Part shown: in pieces, positions 16,840 to 26,453 of the stretch
How positions within the stretch are numbered: position 1 is the stretch's first letter
How the letters are laid out: each line of letters opens with the position of its first letter
Assembly (NCBI GenBank): GCA_039588275.1
Contig: JBDHAC010000050.1
Coordinates: 1-28,902 of the forward strand
DNA: 28,902 nt
Origin: Gemmatimonadota bacterium
GTDB taxonomy: Bacteria > Gemmatimonadota > Gemmatimonadetes > Palauibacterales > Palauibacteraceae
Reading direction: 5' to 3'
Notes under the pieces: model-generated
Databases searched by the model: none
Told to the model about the DNA's origin: nothing
The model's input: only the letters and a program-made list of their open reading frames with translations
Translations under genes and position numbers: made by a program

Positions 16840-17565
16840 ATGAAGATTCGCGACGAGATCTCGCACCTCGAACAGCAGCTCCGAAGGGTCGGATCACCCA
16901 ACAGGGCTGTCAACGAGAAGCGGTATCTCAAGAGCGACCTCGATTTTCTTGGGGTCCCGGCGCCGACGATTCGCGCGCTGGTGAAGACCTGGCTGAGAGA
17001 ACACGCGGGCCTGGGGCACGAGGACCTGACGCGGCTCACCCGCGAGCTCTGGAGACGCAGGCTGCACGAGCTCCGGGCTTGCGCGATCGTGCTGCTGCAG
17101 GCGCGTGAGGGGATGCTCGAGGCCGGAGACATCGAGCTGTTGGAGTCGATGCTGAGGCGTTCGAAGACGTGGGCGTACGTCGATGCGATCGCCGTCCACG
17201 TCGTCGGTCCACTGGTGGAGCGGCGCCCCGAGCTCGAGACGGCCCTGGACCGGTGGGCGGCCGACGAGGATTTCTGGATTCGACGCTCGGCGGTGCTGGC
17301 GCTCCTGCTGCCTTTGCGGCGCGGTGAGGGCGATTGGACCCGCTTCGTGCGGTTCGCCGATGCGATGCTCGAGGAGACGGAGTTCTTCATCCGCAAGGCG
17401 CTCGGGTGGGTGCTTCGCGAGGTCGCCAAGAAGAGCCCCGATCGCGTTCGACGGTTCGTGAGTGCCCGGATCGACCGGATTTCCGGCGTCACGCTGCGCG
17501 AAGCGGTCAAATACCTGCCGCCCGCGGAGCGCGAGAGGCTTCTGCAGCGATACCGAGCGCGATAA
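16840..17565 (+). CDS. DNA alkylation repair protein (AlkD-like HEAT-repeat family)
   Basis: RYLKS..FLGVPAPTIR, TWAYVD, WAADEDFWIRRSA and EFFIRKALGWVLRE motifs. Alternative GTG start at 16816. Confidence 0.88.
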   Translation: MKIRDEISHLEQQLRRVGSPNRAVNEKRYLKSDLDFLGVPAPTIRALVKTWLREHAGLGHEDLTRLTRELWRRRLHELRACAIVLLQAREGMLEAGDIELLESMLRRSKTWAYVDAIAVHVVGPLVERRPELETALDRWAADEDFWIRRSAVLALLLPLRRGEGDWTRFVRFADAMLEETEFFIRKALGWVLREVAKKSPDRVRRFVSARIDRISGVTLREAVKYLPPAERERLLQRYRAR

Positions 17566-17606
17566 ACGTCACCAGCCGTATACCGCCAGACGCTCACCCC
17601 CCGGCC

Positions 17607-18785
17607 CTACTCCCCCTTCCACCAGTCGTACAGCCACTCCCCCACCTTCTGATAGCCGGCGGCCTTCATGTGCACGTCATAGCTCCAATACAGGTGGTTC
17701 CCCTGATACTCCTCCGTCTGGATCGCTTCGCTCAGGTCCAGAAAGGGTATGCCCAGCTCGTCGGTGCTGGCCGCCAGGATCCTCCGGTGAAGCTGGAACG
17801 CCTCCCCCGTCAGATCCACGCGCGGCGGGCACCGGAGGCAGAACTTCTGCTCGAATTGATGATAGTAGTTCGTCACCTGATTCCGCAGCGGAATGTACGC
17901 CAGGTGGAGTCGGGTGCCGTATCGCCGCGCGTCCTCCTGCATGGCTCTCAGAGTCCGGCGCGGATCGTACGCCTCGCGCAGAAAGCCCGCCACGTTCAAC
18001 GGCCAGTCGATGAGCCCGGAGTTGAAGTTGCGCTCGCGGATCGCATCCCCGATCTCGGGATGGACGCGCTCCCGCAGCTCCGAATCATCCGGGACCTCCG
18101 CGTCCGAGCTGTTCCAGGTGAAGAACACCTTCCTCAGGTTCCAGCGAAACGGAACCGCTTCGCCCCTCTTGATGAGCGACAGGACCTCGAGGATCCGTGG
18201 CCTGTAGCGATTGTATTCGACCGGCACCGGCGGGGGGTCGGGCTCGAAGTCGGGCCGTCTCAGGACGTCGTTCGCGAATAGGACGAGGATGATGTCATCG
18301 GGCTGAAACAGGGCGCCGACGTGTGACACCAGCCTTCTGTAGGTGATCCAGTCCCCCGAGCTGATACCGAAGTTCATCACTTCGTGGCGCTCTCCGCGCG
18401 CGCGCGCGCGTGCCTCGAAGCTTCGCGGGATCGTCTCGTCATCGCCCGCCATGTTCCCTTCGACGAAGCTGTCGCCGATGAAGACGATGCGCCTGCGATC
18501 CGGTGACCTGGCGACCTTCCAGTCGTCATCGCGAAACCCGTACAGGTTCAGGTGATTCACGAAATCGGCGACCGTGTCGGGGTAGGACCTGATCCCGAGG
18601 TCGATGTTTCTCACGTACGACCTCCCCTGCCCGGGTATGTCGCCGATGATGTAGTCCACCCGGTTGAAATTCGCGATCTCAGGAAGCGGGAAGAAGAACC
18701 GGAGCGCGACCTCCTGCAGTACGAGCAGGAAGAGGATGTACGACAGCGCCTTGAGCGGCTTTGCCTTGAGAGGCTTCCTACTCAT
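17607..18785 (-). CDS. Membrane-anchored SGNH/GDSL hydrolase-family protein
   Basis: N-terminal TM helix, NLYGFRD, block I IGDSFVEG, NFGISSG, LFAND, and DxH in YDVHMKAAGY. Confidence 0.8.
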   Translation of the reverse strand: MSRKPLKAKPLKALSYILFLLVLQEVALRFFFPLPEIANFNRVDYIIGDIPGQGRSYVRNIDLGIRSYPDTVADFVNHLNLYGFRDDDWKVARSPDRRRIVFIGDSFVEGNMAGDDETIPRSFEARARARGERHEVMNFGISSGDWITYRRLVSHVGALFQPDDIILVLFANDVLRRPDFEPDPPPVPVEYNRYRPRILEVLSLIKRGEAVPFRWNLRKVFFTWNSSDAEVPDDSELRERVHPEIGDAIRERNFNSGLIDWPLNVAGFLREAYDPRRTLRAMQEDARRYGTRLHLAYIPLRNQVTNYYHQFEQKFCLRCPPRVDLTGEAFQLHRRILAASTDELGIPFLDLSEAIQTEEYQGNHLYWSYDVHMKAAGYQKVGEWLYDWWKGE

Positions 18786-18808
18786 CACGAGCGGCGGGGA
18801 GCGGCTGT

Positions 18809-18879
18809 AGGGCTCCGGCGGCCGGCAGGGCTCCGGCGGCCGGCAGGGCTCCGGCAGCGGCAGGGCTCCGGCGGCCTGC
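18809..18879. repeat. Tandem repeat, 4 copies of an ~18-bp unit AGGGCTCCGGCGGCCGGC
   Basis: Units at 18809-18826 and 18827-18844 are identical; 18845-18861 is a 17-bp variant; 18862-18879 has one mismatch. Intergenic. Confidence 0.9.
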
Positions 18880-18910
18880 CCGGGTTTTCTCCAACGACCT
18901 CTCGGGACGC

Positions 18911-19729
18911 CTATTCGAAGCGGGCGATGGAGCCGGCGACGAGACGCTCGAAGTCATCCTGAACCTGGACGGCGACCTCCAGGACCTCCTCGTGGTCGAG
19001 GGGCTCGGAGGTGACCCCGGCCGCGTAGTTGGTGAGACACGATACGGCTACGCAGCGAATGCCGCGTCCGCGGGCCGCTATGACCTCCGGAACCGTCGAC
19101 ATCCCGACCGCATCGGCCCCGAATCGCTCGAGCATCCGGATCTCGGCCGGCGTCTCGTAGCCCGGTCCGTGCACGGCGGCGTACACCCCCTCCTGCAGGC
19201 GCACGCCGAGCTGCAGGGCCGTCTCCCTCACGACGCCTCGCAGCTCCGGGTCGTAGAGATCGCAAAGGTCCGGGAAACGATCCTCGCCCTCGTGCACCGG
19301 GCCCCGGAGCGGGCTTCGAAACATCAGGTTGATGTGGTCCGAGATCAGCATGAGGTCACCGGGCGCGAACGTCGGGTGGAGCGCCCCGGCCGCGTTGCTG
19401 AGGAAGAGAATCGGAACTTCCAGCTCTCCGAGTACTCGCACGTAGAAGACCGTCCGCGCGGGCTCGGCCCCCTCGTACATGTGCACCCGACCGCTCAAAC
19501 CCAGAACGGGCACCCCGCCTAACGACCCGGCGACGACCTTTCCGGCGTGTCCCACCACGGTGGGAAGCGGCCACCCGGGTAGCTCCGTGTACGGGATCTC
19601 GACCGGTTCCTCGATTCGGGCCCCGAGACCGCCGAGGCCCGACCCCATCGTGATGGCAACGCGCGGCTGGCAATCTCCCAGAGCTGCCCGGAGAGCGTCC
19701 GCGGCCGAGCGGACATCGTTCCCGCTCAC
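18911..19729 (-). CDS. punA: Purine nucleoside phosphorylase (trimeric PunA/XapA type)
   Basis: GSGLG, GHAG, GRVHMYEG, NAAG, DHIN, GPGYETPAE and VGMSTVPE motifs. GTG start at 19729 overlaps the nupC stop. Confidence 0.93.
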   Translation of the reverse strand: MSGNDVRSAADALRAALGDCQPRVAITMGSGLGGLGARIEEPVEIPYTELPGWPLPTVVGHAGKVVAGSLGGVPVLGLSGRVHMYEGAEPARTVFYVRVLGELEVPILFLSNAAGALHPTFAPGDLMLISDHINLMFRSPLRGPVHEGEDRFPDLCDLYDPELRGVVRETALQLGVRLQEGVYAAVHGPGYETPAEIRMLERFGADAVGMSTVPEVIAARGRGIRCVAVSCLTNYAAGVTSEPLDHEEVLEVAVQVQDDFERLVAGSIARFE

Positions 19730-21174
19730 GCCAGCACGCCCGCCAGGGTCGCGGTCATCCACGTGGCGGCCGTGCCACCCAACATGGCCCGGAGGCCGAG
19801 CCGCGAGAGGTCCTGACGGCGAGAGGGCGCGATCCCGCCGATCCCGCCGATCTGGATCGCGATCGACGAGAAGTTCGCGAAGCCGGTGAGCGCGTAGGTG
19901 CACATGATGAGCGCCTTGGGGGACAACGTGCTCTCGCCTCCGAGCTGGCCCGCAAGGTTGGTAAACGCGACGAACTCGTTCGCGATCATCTTGATCCCGA
20001 ACAGGCTGCCGACGTTCACCGCGTCTTCCCAGGGCACTCCGATCAGCCACGCGACGGGCGCGAAGACCCACCCGAAGATCCGCTCCAGCGTGATGCCCTC
20101 GACGCCAAACAGACCGGTCACCCAGCCCAGGAACCCGTTCCCGAGCGCGATGATGGCCAGGAACGCGAGCAGCATCGCCCCGACGTTCAGCGCCAGCTTG
20201 AGCCCATCGCCGGCGCCTCCCGCCGCCGCGTCGATCACGTTCGCGTGCGTTTCCTCCAACTCGACCGTGAGCGACCCCCGCGTTACGGGCTTCTCGGTCT
20301 CGGGCATCAGCATCTTCGAAACCACGATCCCGGCCGGGGCGGCCATGATGCTGGCGGCGAGCAGGTGACCCGCGATGTCCGGAAAGACGCCGGCGAGCAT
20401 CCCCACGTAGGCCGCCATCACACCGCCCGCGACCGTCGCGAACCCGCCGGTCATCACCGTGGTCAGCTCGGAGTGCGTCATCTTTTCCACGAACGGGCGG
20501 ATGAGCAGCGGCGCTTCCGTCTGCCCGACGAAGATGTTTCCGGCCGCCGAGGTCGTCTCCGCCCCGCTCGTGCCCAGGGTGCGCTGCATGGCCCAGGCGA
20601 CGCCCTTCACCACCTTCTGCATCACCCCCAGGTAGTAGGCGAGCGCCATGAGCGAAGAGAAGAAGATGATCGTGGGGAGCACGGAGAACGCGAAGTTGGC
20701 GGCCAACGGGACGGCCTCACCCCCGGCGTCGGTCACCGTCACCGTGGGGTCGATGAGCGCCCCGAACAGGAATCGCGCCCCCGAGTTCGTGTAAGCGATC
20801 AGCGCCACGAAGATGTCGTTCACGGTGCTGAAGAAGGCGCGCCCGATCCCGGTCTTGAGGACGAGGAGCGCGAACACGATCTGGAGAGAGACCCCCTTCC
20901 CCACGAGCACCCAGTCGATCGAGCGCCGGCGGGCCGAGAAGACCCACGCCATGCCGAGCAAGAACACTATGCCGATGACGCCGCGGCCAAGGCGGTTCCA
21001 GAATGAGGCCTCGATGGACCCCTGTGCCCCGTCCAGACCCTGGAGCCCGTGCGCGGCGGCCGTCAACGAGAGGCTCGCGAGCATCACGAGCCCGAGCACG
21101 ACCGGCGCTCGGCGCGCGATCCGGGCCGCCGGCCATCCTCCGAACCCCCGCCTGCTAGAACCAGCCAAGATCAC
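19726..21174 (-). CDS. nupC: Concentrative nucleoside transporter (NupC/CNT family)
   Basis: FAFSVLPTIIFFS, NIFVGQTEAPL, GFATVAGGV, NEFVAF and GFANFSSIAIQIGG motifs. GAGGAGG precedes the GTG at 21174. Confidence 0.95.
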   Translation of the reverse strand: MILAGSSRRGFGGWPAARIARRAPVVLGLVMLASLSLTAAAHGLQGLDGAQGSIEASFWNRLGRGVIGIVFLLGMAWVFSARRRSIDWVLVGKGVSLQIVFALLVLKTGIGRAFFSTVNDIFVALIAYTNSGARFLFGALIDPTVTVTDAGGEAVPLAANFAFSVLPTIIFFSSLMALAYYLGVMQKVVKGVAWAMQRTLGTSGAETTSAAGNIFVGQTEAPLLIRPFVEKMTHSELTTVMTGGFATVAGGVMAAYVGMLAGVFPDIAGHLLAASIMAAPAGIVVSKMLMPETEKPVTRGSLTVELEETHANVIDAAAGGAGDGLKLALNVGAMLLAFLAIIALGNGFLGWVTGLFGVEGITLERIFGWVFAPVAWLIGVPWEDAVNVGSLFGIKMIANEFVAFTNLAGQLGGESTLSPKALIMCTYALTGFANFSSIAIQIGGIGGIAPSRRQDLSRLGLRAMLGGTAATWMTATLAGVLA

Positions 21175-21919
21175 GCACCTCCTCGCGGGTCAACTGCTTG
21201 CCTGACAGCTTCGCCTCGACGAGCGAGTCCCGCTCGAAGGGCCTGATCAACAACAGACCGGCCAAGAAACCGCCGATGTGCGCCCAGAAAGCTACGCCTC
21301 CCCCCTCTCCACCCAGCGACCCGGCACCCATCGCGAGCTGGATGATGAACCAATACGCGAGCAGCACCCAGGCTCGCAGCGGAATGACGCGGATGAAGAT
21401 GACGAAGAAGAACAGGGTGTGGACGCGGACTTTCGGGTAGAGGAGCAGATAGGCACCCATGACGCCCGAGATCGCGCCCGACGCTCCCACGGTGGGAATC
21501 GGGCTCGCCGGATCGGTGAGGATGTGCGCACCCGCGGCCAGGATGCCCGTGATCAGGTAGAAGAAGATGAAACGGAGGTGCCCCATTGAGTCTTCGATGT
21601 TGTTCCCGAACACCCACAGGAACCACATGTTGCCGATCAGGTGCATCCAGCTTCCGTGCATGAACATCGAGGTCAAGACCGTCTGCCAGCTCAAACCCCC
21701 GATCGGGCAGACGTACTCGCCCATGTCCACCCGGGTGCCGGCGGGTAGCGAGCCCGTGACCTCGCCGGGGATCGACCCGTACGCACACAGGGAGTCGAGG
21801 AAGACCCTTCCCTGCCCGGCACCCTGGACGAGCAGCCATACGGCGACGTTGACCGCGATGAACAGCAGCGTGACGTACGGGCGAAGCTCGGTCGGGTTCT
21901 CGTCGCGGAGCGGAAACAT
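21155..21919 (-). CDS. Rhomboid-family intramembrane serine protease
   Basis: MFPLRDENP start, SMFMHGSWMHLIGNM, catalytic GASG and AHIGGF. Start reassigned to ATG 21919. Confidence 0.94.
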   Translation of the reverse strand: MFPLRDENPTELRPYVTLLFIAVNVAVWLLVQGAGQGRVFLDSLCAYGSIPGEVTGSLPAGTRVDMGEYVCPIGGLSWQTVLTSMFMHGSWMHLIGNMWFLWVFGNNIEDSMGHLRFIFFYLITGILAAGAHILTDPASPIPTVGASGAISGVMGAYLLLYPKVRVHTLFFFVIFIRVIPLRAWVLLAYWFIIQLAMGAGSLGGEGGGVAFWAHIGGFLAGLLLIRPFERDSLVEAKLSGKQLTREEVRDLGWF

Positions 21920-22071
21920 GCGCCGGACCTTAGAGGCACGGCCGCGGCGTCGCAACGGCGCGGGGGGTCGCGCCATCGCCGCCGCCCTGCCTTTCTGACA
22001 CCCGCAGGCGCAACCGACCGTCCCGGAGTGCCATTTTGTCGCGAAAACAGGGCGTTTTAGGGGTCCGGGAC

Positions 22072-22087
22072 GGGCATACCGATTGCA
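22072..22087 (+). promoter_or_regulatory. Putative sigma54 (-24/-12) promoter of dnaK
   Basis: GGGCATACCGATTGCA has exact GG-N10-GC spacing with TTGCA; ends about 125 nt upstream of the ATG. Confidence 0.55.
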
Positions 22088-22212
22088 CCCCCCGAGTGTC
22101 GATCGCGGGCCCGTCCGAGCGGGAACCGATCGAGACGATCGCTTCCGCTGGCCGGGTACGCCGGTCGCGGGGTGCCGCGGACTCTCTCAGCCGACAGGAG
22201 ACGGAGACTCAC

Positions 22213-24156
<1,944 letters not shown>

Positions 24157-24197
24157 CGTAGCGGCTCTTCCGCTCATCACACGAGACCGCGATCCGG

Positions 24198-24234
24198 GAG
24201 GCGGTGCGCCCTGCGGCGCGCCGCCTCTTCTTTC
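24198..24234 (+). terminator. Putative intrinsic terminator after dnaK
   Basis: 13-bp stem GAGGCGGTGCGCC / GGCGCGCCGCCTC with one G-U pair and a 4-nt loop, followed by TTCTTTC. Confidence 0.75.
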
Positions 24235-24479
24235 ATCCACTCCCGTGAACACGCACGGTCGCGTATCCGGTTGAAAAAACTGGCCGTTGTGGCACTCGAC
24301 GTGCACGAAACGTGGCAGATCGACCGCCAATCGTGCGGGCAGGGGCCCCGCGAGCAGCGGTCCGGCGGGGTGCCGCCCCAGATCGCCCGAAAGGGCGGCG
24401 AGGACGGGCGTTCTCCGCGGTCGCTGGATCGACCGCGAACCCTCGCAATACGCCACAACCGGCACGAAGCCAGGATCGA

Positions 24480-26222
24480 GTGACGACCGAGGCCGTCGAC
24501 ACGGACCGCCGTCGAGGCGACGAGGAGCGCGTAGCACCGCCACGCGCCCTGGGGATGAGTATCGGCTGCCTCATGGCGGCCGCCCTCGTCAGCCTGGGAG
24601 CCCGCGACGTGGTGAGCCAGTACTCCAGCATCGTCTGGATCCTCGCCCTCGTCCCCGTGTTCATGCTCTCCTACTACAAGGGGTGGAGGGGGGCCGCCGT
24701 CGCGGCCGGCGGAGCGATGGTCATCTTGGCCGGTGTCGAAGTGTTCGTCATCCGGTTCGCGGGCAACGAGATCGACTGGTGGGTGCTCGCCGCTCCCACG
24801 CTCCTTCTGATTCCCGTCACGATCGGGTCCGGGGCGTTGAGCGAGTTGCTCCACCGGCAACGCACGCTCGCGTTGCGGATGGCGTATCGGGACCCGATGA
24901 CCGGGGTCGCCAATCGTCGCCTGCTCACCGAGCTGGCGGAGAAGGCCATGGCCACGGCGCGCCGGGAGGCCTCGGGCTTCGCGGTCCTTTTCCTCGACGT
25001 CGTCCGGTTCAAGCGGATCAACGACAGCCTCGGTCACGCGGCTGGTGACCAGGTCCTCAAACAGCTCGCGACGAGACTCGAAGACAGCTTCCGCGGCAGC
25101 GATATAGTGGCCCGCGTGGGCGGTGACGAGTTCGTCGTGTGCCTGCCGGGTGTCTCCACTTCGGAGGACGCGATCGCTGCGGCGGGCAGGGTCCGGCAGG
25201 CGTTGTCGTATCCATTCCGGGTCCGCGGTCAGAGCTTGCGCCTGAATGCCCGCTTAGGGGTGTCGCTGTTCCCGGAGCACGGGGAGAGCTTCGACGAGCT
25301 TCTCACGCATGCGGATCCCGTTCGTATGGGGGCCGGTAAGCCGGATGGGGCGGAGATCGTGATCTTCGATCCCGCCGCTGCAGCCGAATCGAGCAACCCG
25401 CTCCTCCTGGAGGAGGACCTCGAGAAGGCGATCGACGATGGCAAGGTGTTCGTGGTCTACCAACCGATCTTCGACCTGGAACGGGGAACCATCGCGGGAG
25501 CCGAGGCCCTCGCTCGACTGAAGGACCCGAAGCTGGGAGTCATTCAGGCCGGAGACTTCATCGCCCTCGCCGAGGCGTCAGGCCTCATTCTTCGTCTGGA
25601 ACGCGAGGTGCTGGACTTGTCGATCGCGCAGGCGCGCCGTTGGGGAGCCGCCGGGTGGCCCTTGTGGGTGTCCGTGAACCTCTCGCCGGCGTCCTTCGAG
25701 ACTCCGGGGTTCGTCGCTCAGCTTCGGCAGCTGGTGTCGAGGGCGGAGGTCGACCCGCAGCGCATCGTCCTCGAGCTGACCGAGCGCGCCGCGGCGCGGA
25801 GCCGCCGGGGAGTCTCGGGCGTCATCAAGGAGCTGGGACAGCTCGGCGTTCGCCTGGCGCTCGATGACTTCGGTACCGGACTCTCGTCGCTCGCCTACAT
25901 CGGCGACTTTGCCGCCGATTTCCTCAAGGTGGACCGCGTATTCGCGACCCAATTGGGAGACGACCCCCGCCACGAGCGCCTCGTGGAAGGCATCCTGGGT
26001 CTGGGGCGAGGTCTCAACATGGCCGTGATCGCGGAAGGGGTGGAGAGAAAAGAGCAGCTCGAGTGGTTCAGGGCCCGCGGGTGTGATTTCGTGCAGGGGT
26101 ATTATACCGGCAGACCGATGACCGCGGAGGATCTCACCGCTGCTCTCTCCGCCGGAGCGTGCCTCGACACGATCGAATCCGATACGACCGCTCTCGCTCG
26201 CCAGGCTACGGTCAGCGGCTAA
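24480..26222 (+). CDS. Membrane-bound diguanylate cyclase / phosphodiesterase (GGDEF-EAL)
   Basis: About 4 N-terminal TM helices, DPMTG..NRR, RxxD I-site (RGSD), GGDEF, EAL, VNLS, ELTE, DDFGTG, EGVE and QGY motifs. Start uncertain (24312, 24480 or 24555). Confidence 0.93.
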   Translation: MTTEAVDTDRRRGDEERVAPPRALGMSIGCLMAAALVSLGARDVVSQYSSIVWILALVPVFMLSYYKGWRGAAVAAGGAMVILAGVEVFVIRFAGNEIDWWVLAAPTLLLIPVTIGSGALSELLHRQRTLALRMAYRDPMTGVANRRLLTELAEKAMATARREASGFAVLFLDVVRFKRINDSLGHAAGDQVLKQLATRLEDSFRGSDIVARVGGDEFVVCLPGVSTSEDAIAAAGRVRQALSYPFRVRGQSLRLNARLGVSLFPEHGESFDELLTHADPVRMGAGKPDGAEIVIFDPAAAAESSNPLLLEEDLEKAIDDGKVFVVYQPIFDLERGTIAGAEALARLKDPKLGVIQAGDFIALAEASGLILRLEREVLDLSIAQARRWGAAGWPLWVSVNLSPASFETPGFVAQLRQLVSRAEVDPQRIVLELTERAAARSRRGVSGVIKELGQLGVRLALDDFGTGLSSLAYIGDFAADFLKVDRVFATQLGDDPRHERLVEGILGLGRGLNMAVIAEGVERKEQLEWFRARGCDFVQGYYTGRPMTAEDLTAALSAGACLDTIESDTTALARQATVSG

Positions 26223-26453
26223 GGCCGATCCCGCCTCGTGTCAAAGGCCTCCCGAGACCGGGCAACCGGCGGAGCGCCGAGCGCATCCAACTGAAAGCCC
26301 GGCACCGATCTCGCCGCCAGTCGAGCGGCTCAACGGGACGGTACCCGTCCGGGCGAGAGGAACCTGCAGCCCGCCGGGCGGGTCGAATAGTCGTAGATTA
26401 GCCATGGTGGCGGAGCTGGATTCGATTTCAGAGCACGGAGAACACCAGGAACG

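Noticed and set aside
18396..18410. (CG)n run
   Set aside because: Simply encodes ARARAR within the SGNH gene; unremarkable at this GC content.
18809..18879. Tandem repeat considered as a CRISPR array
   Set aside because: Units abut with no unique spacers, are too short, and no cas genes are present.
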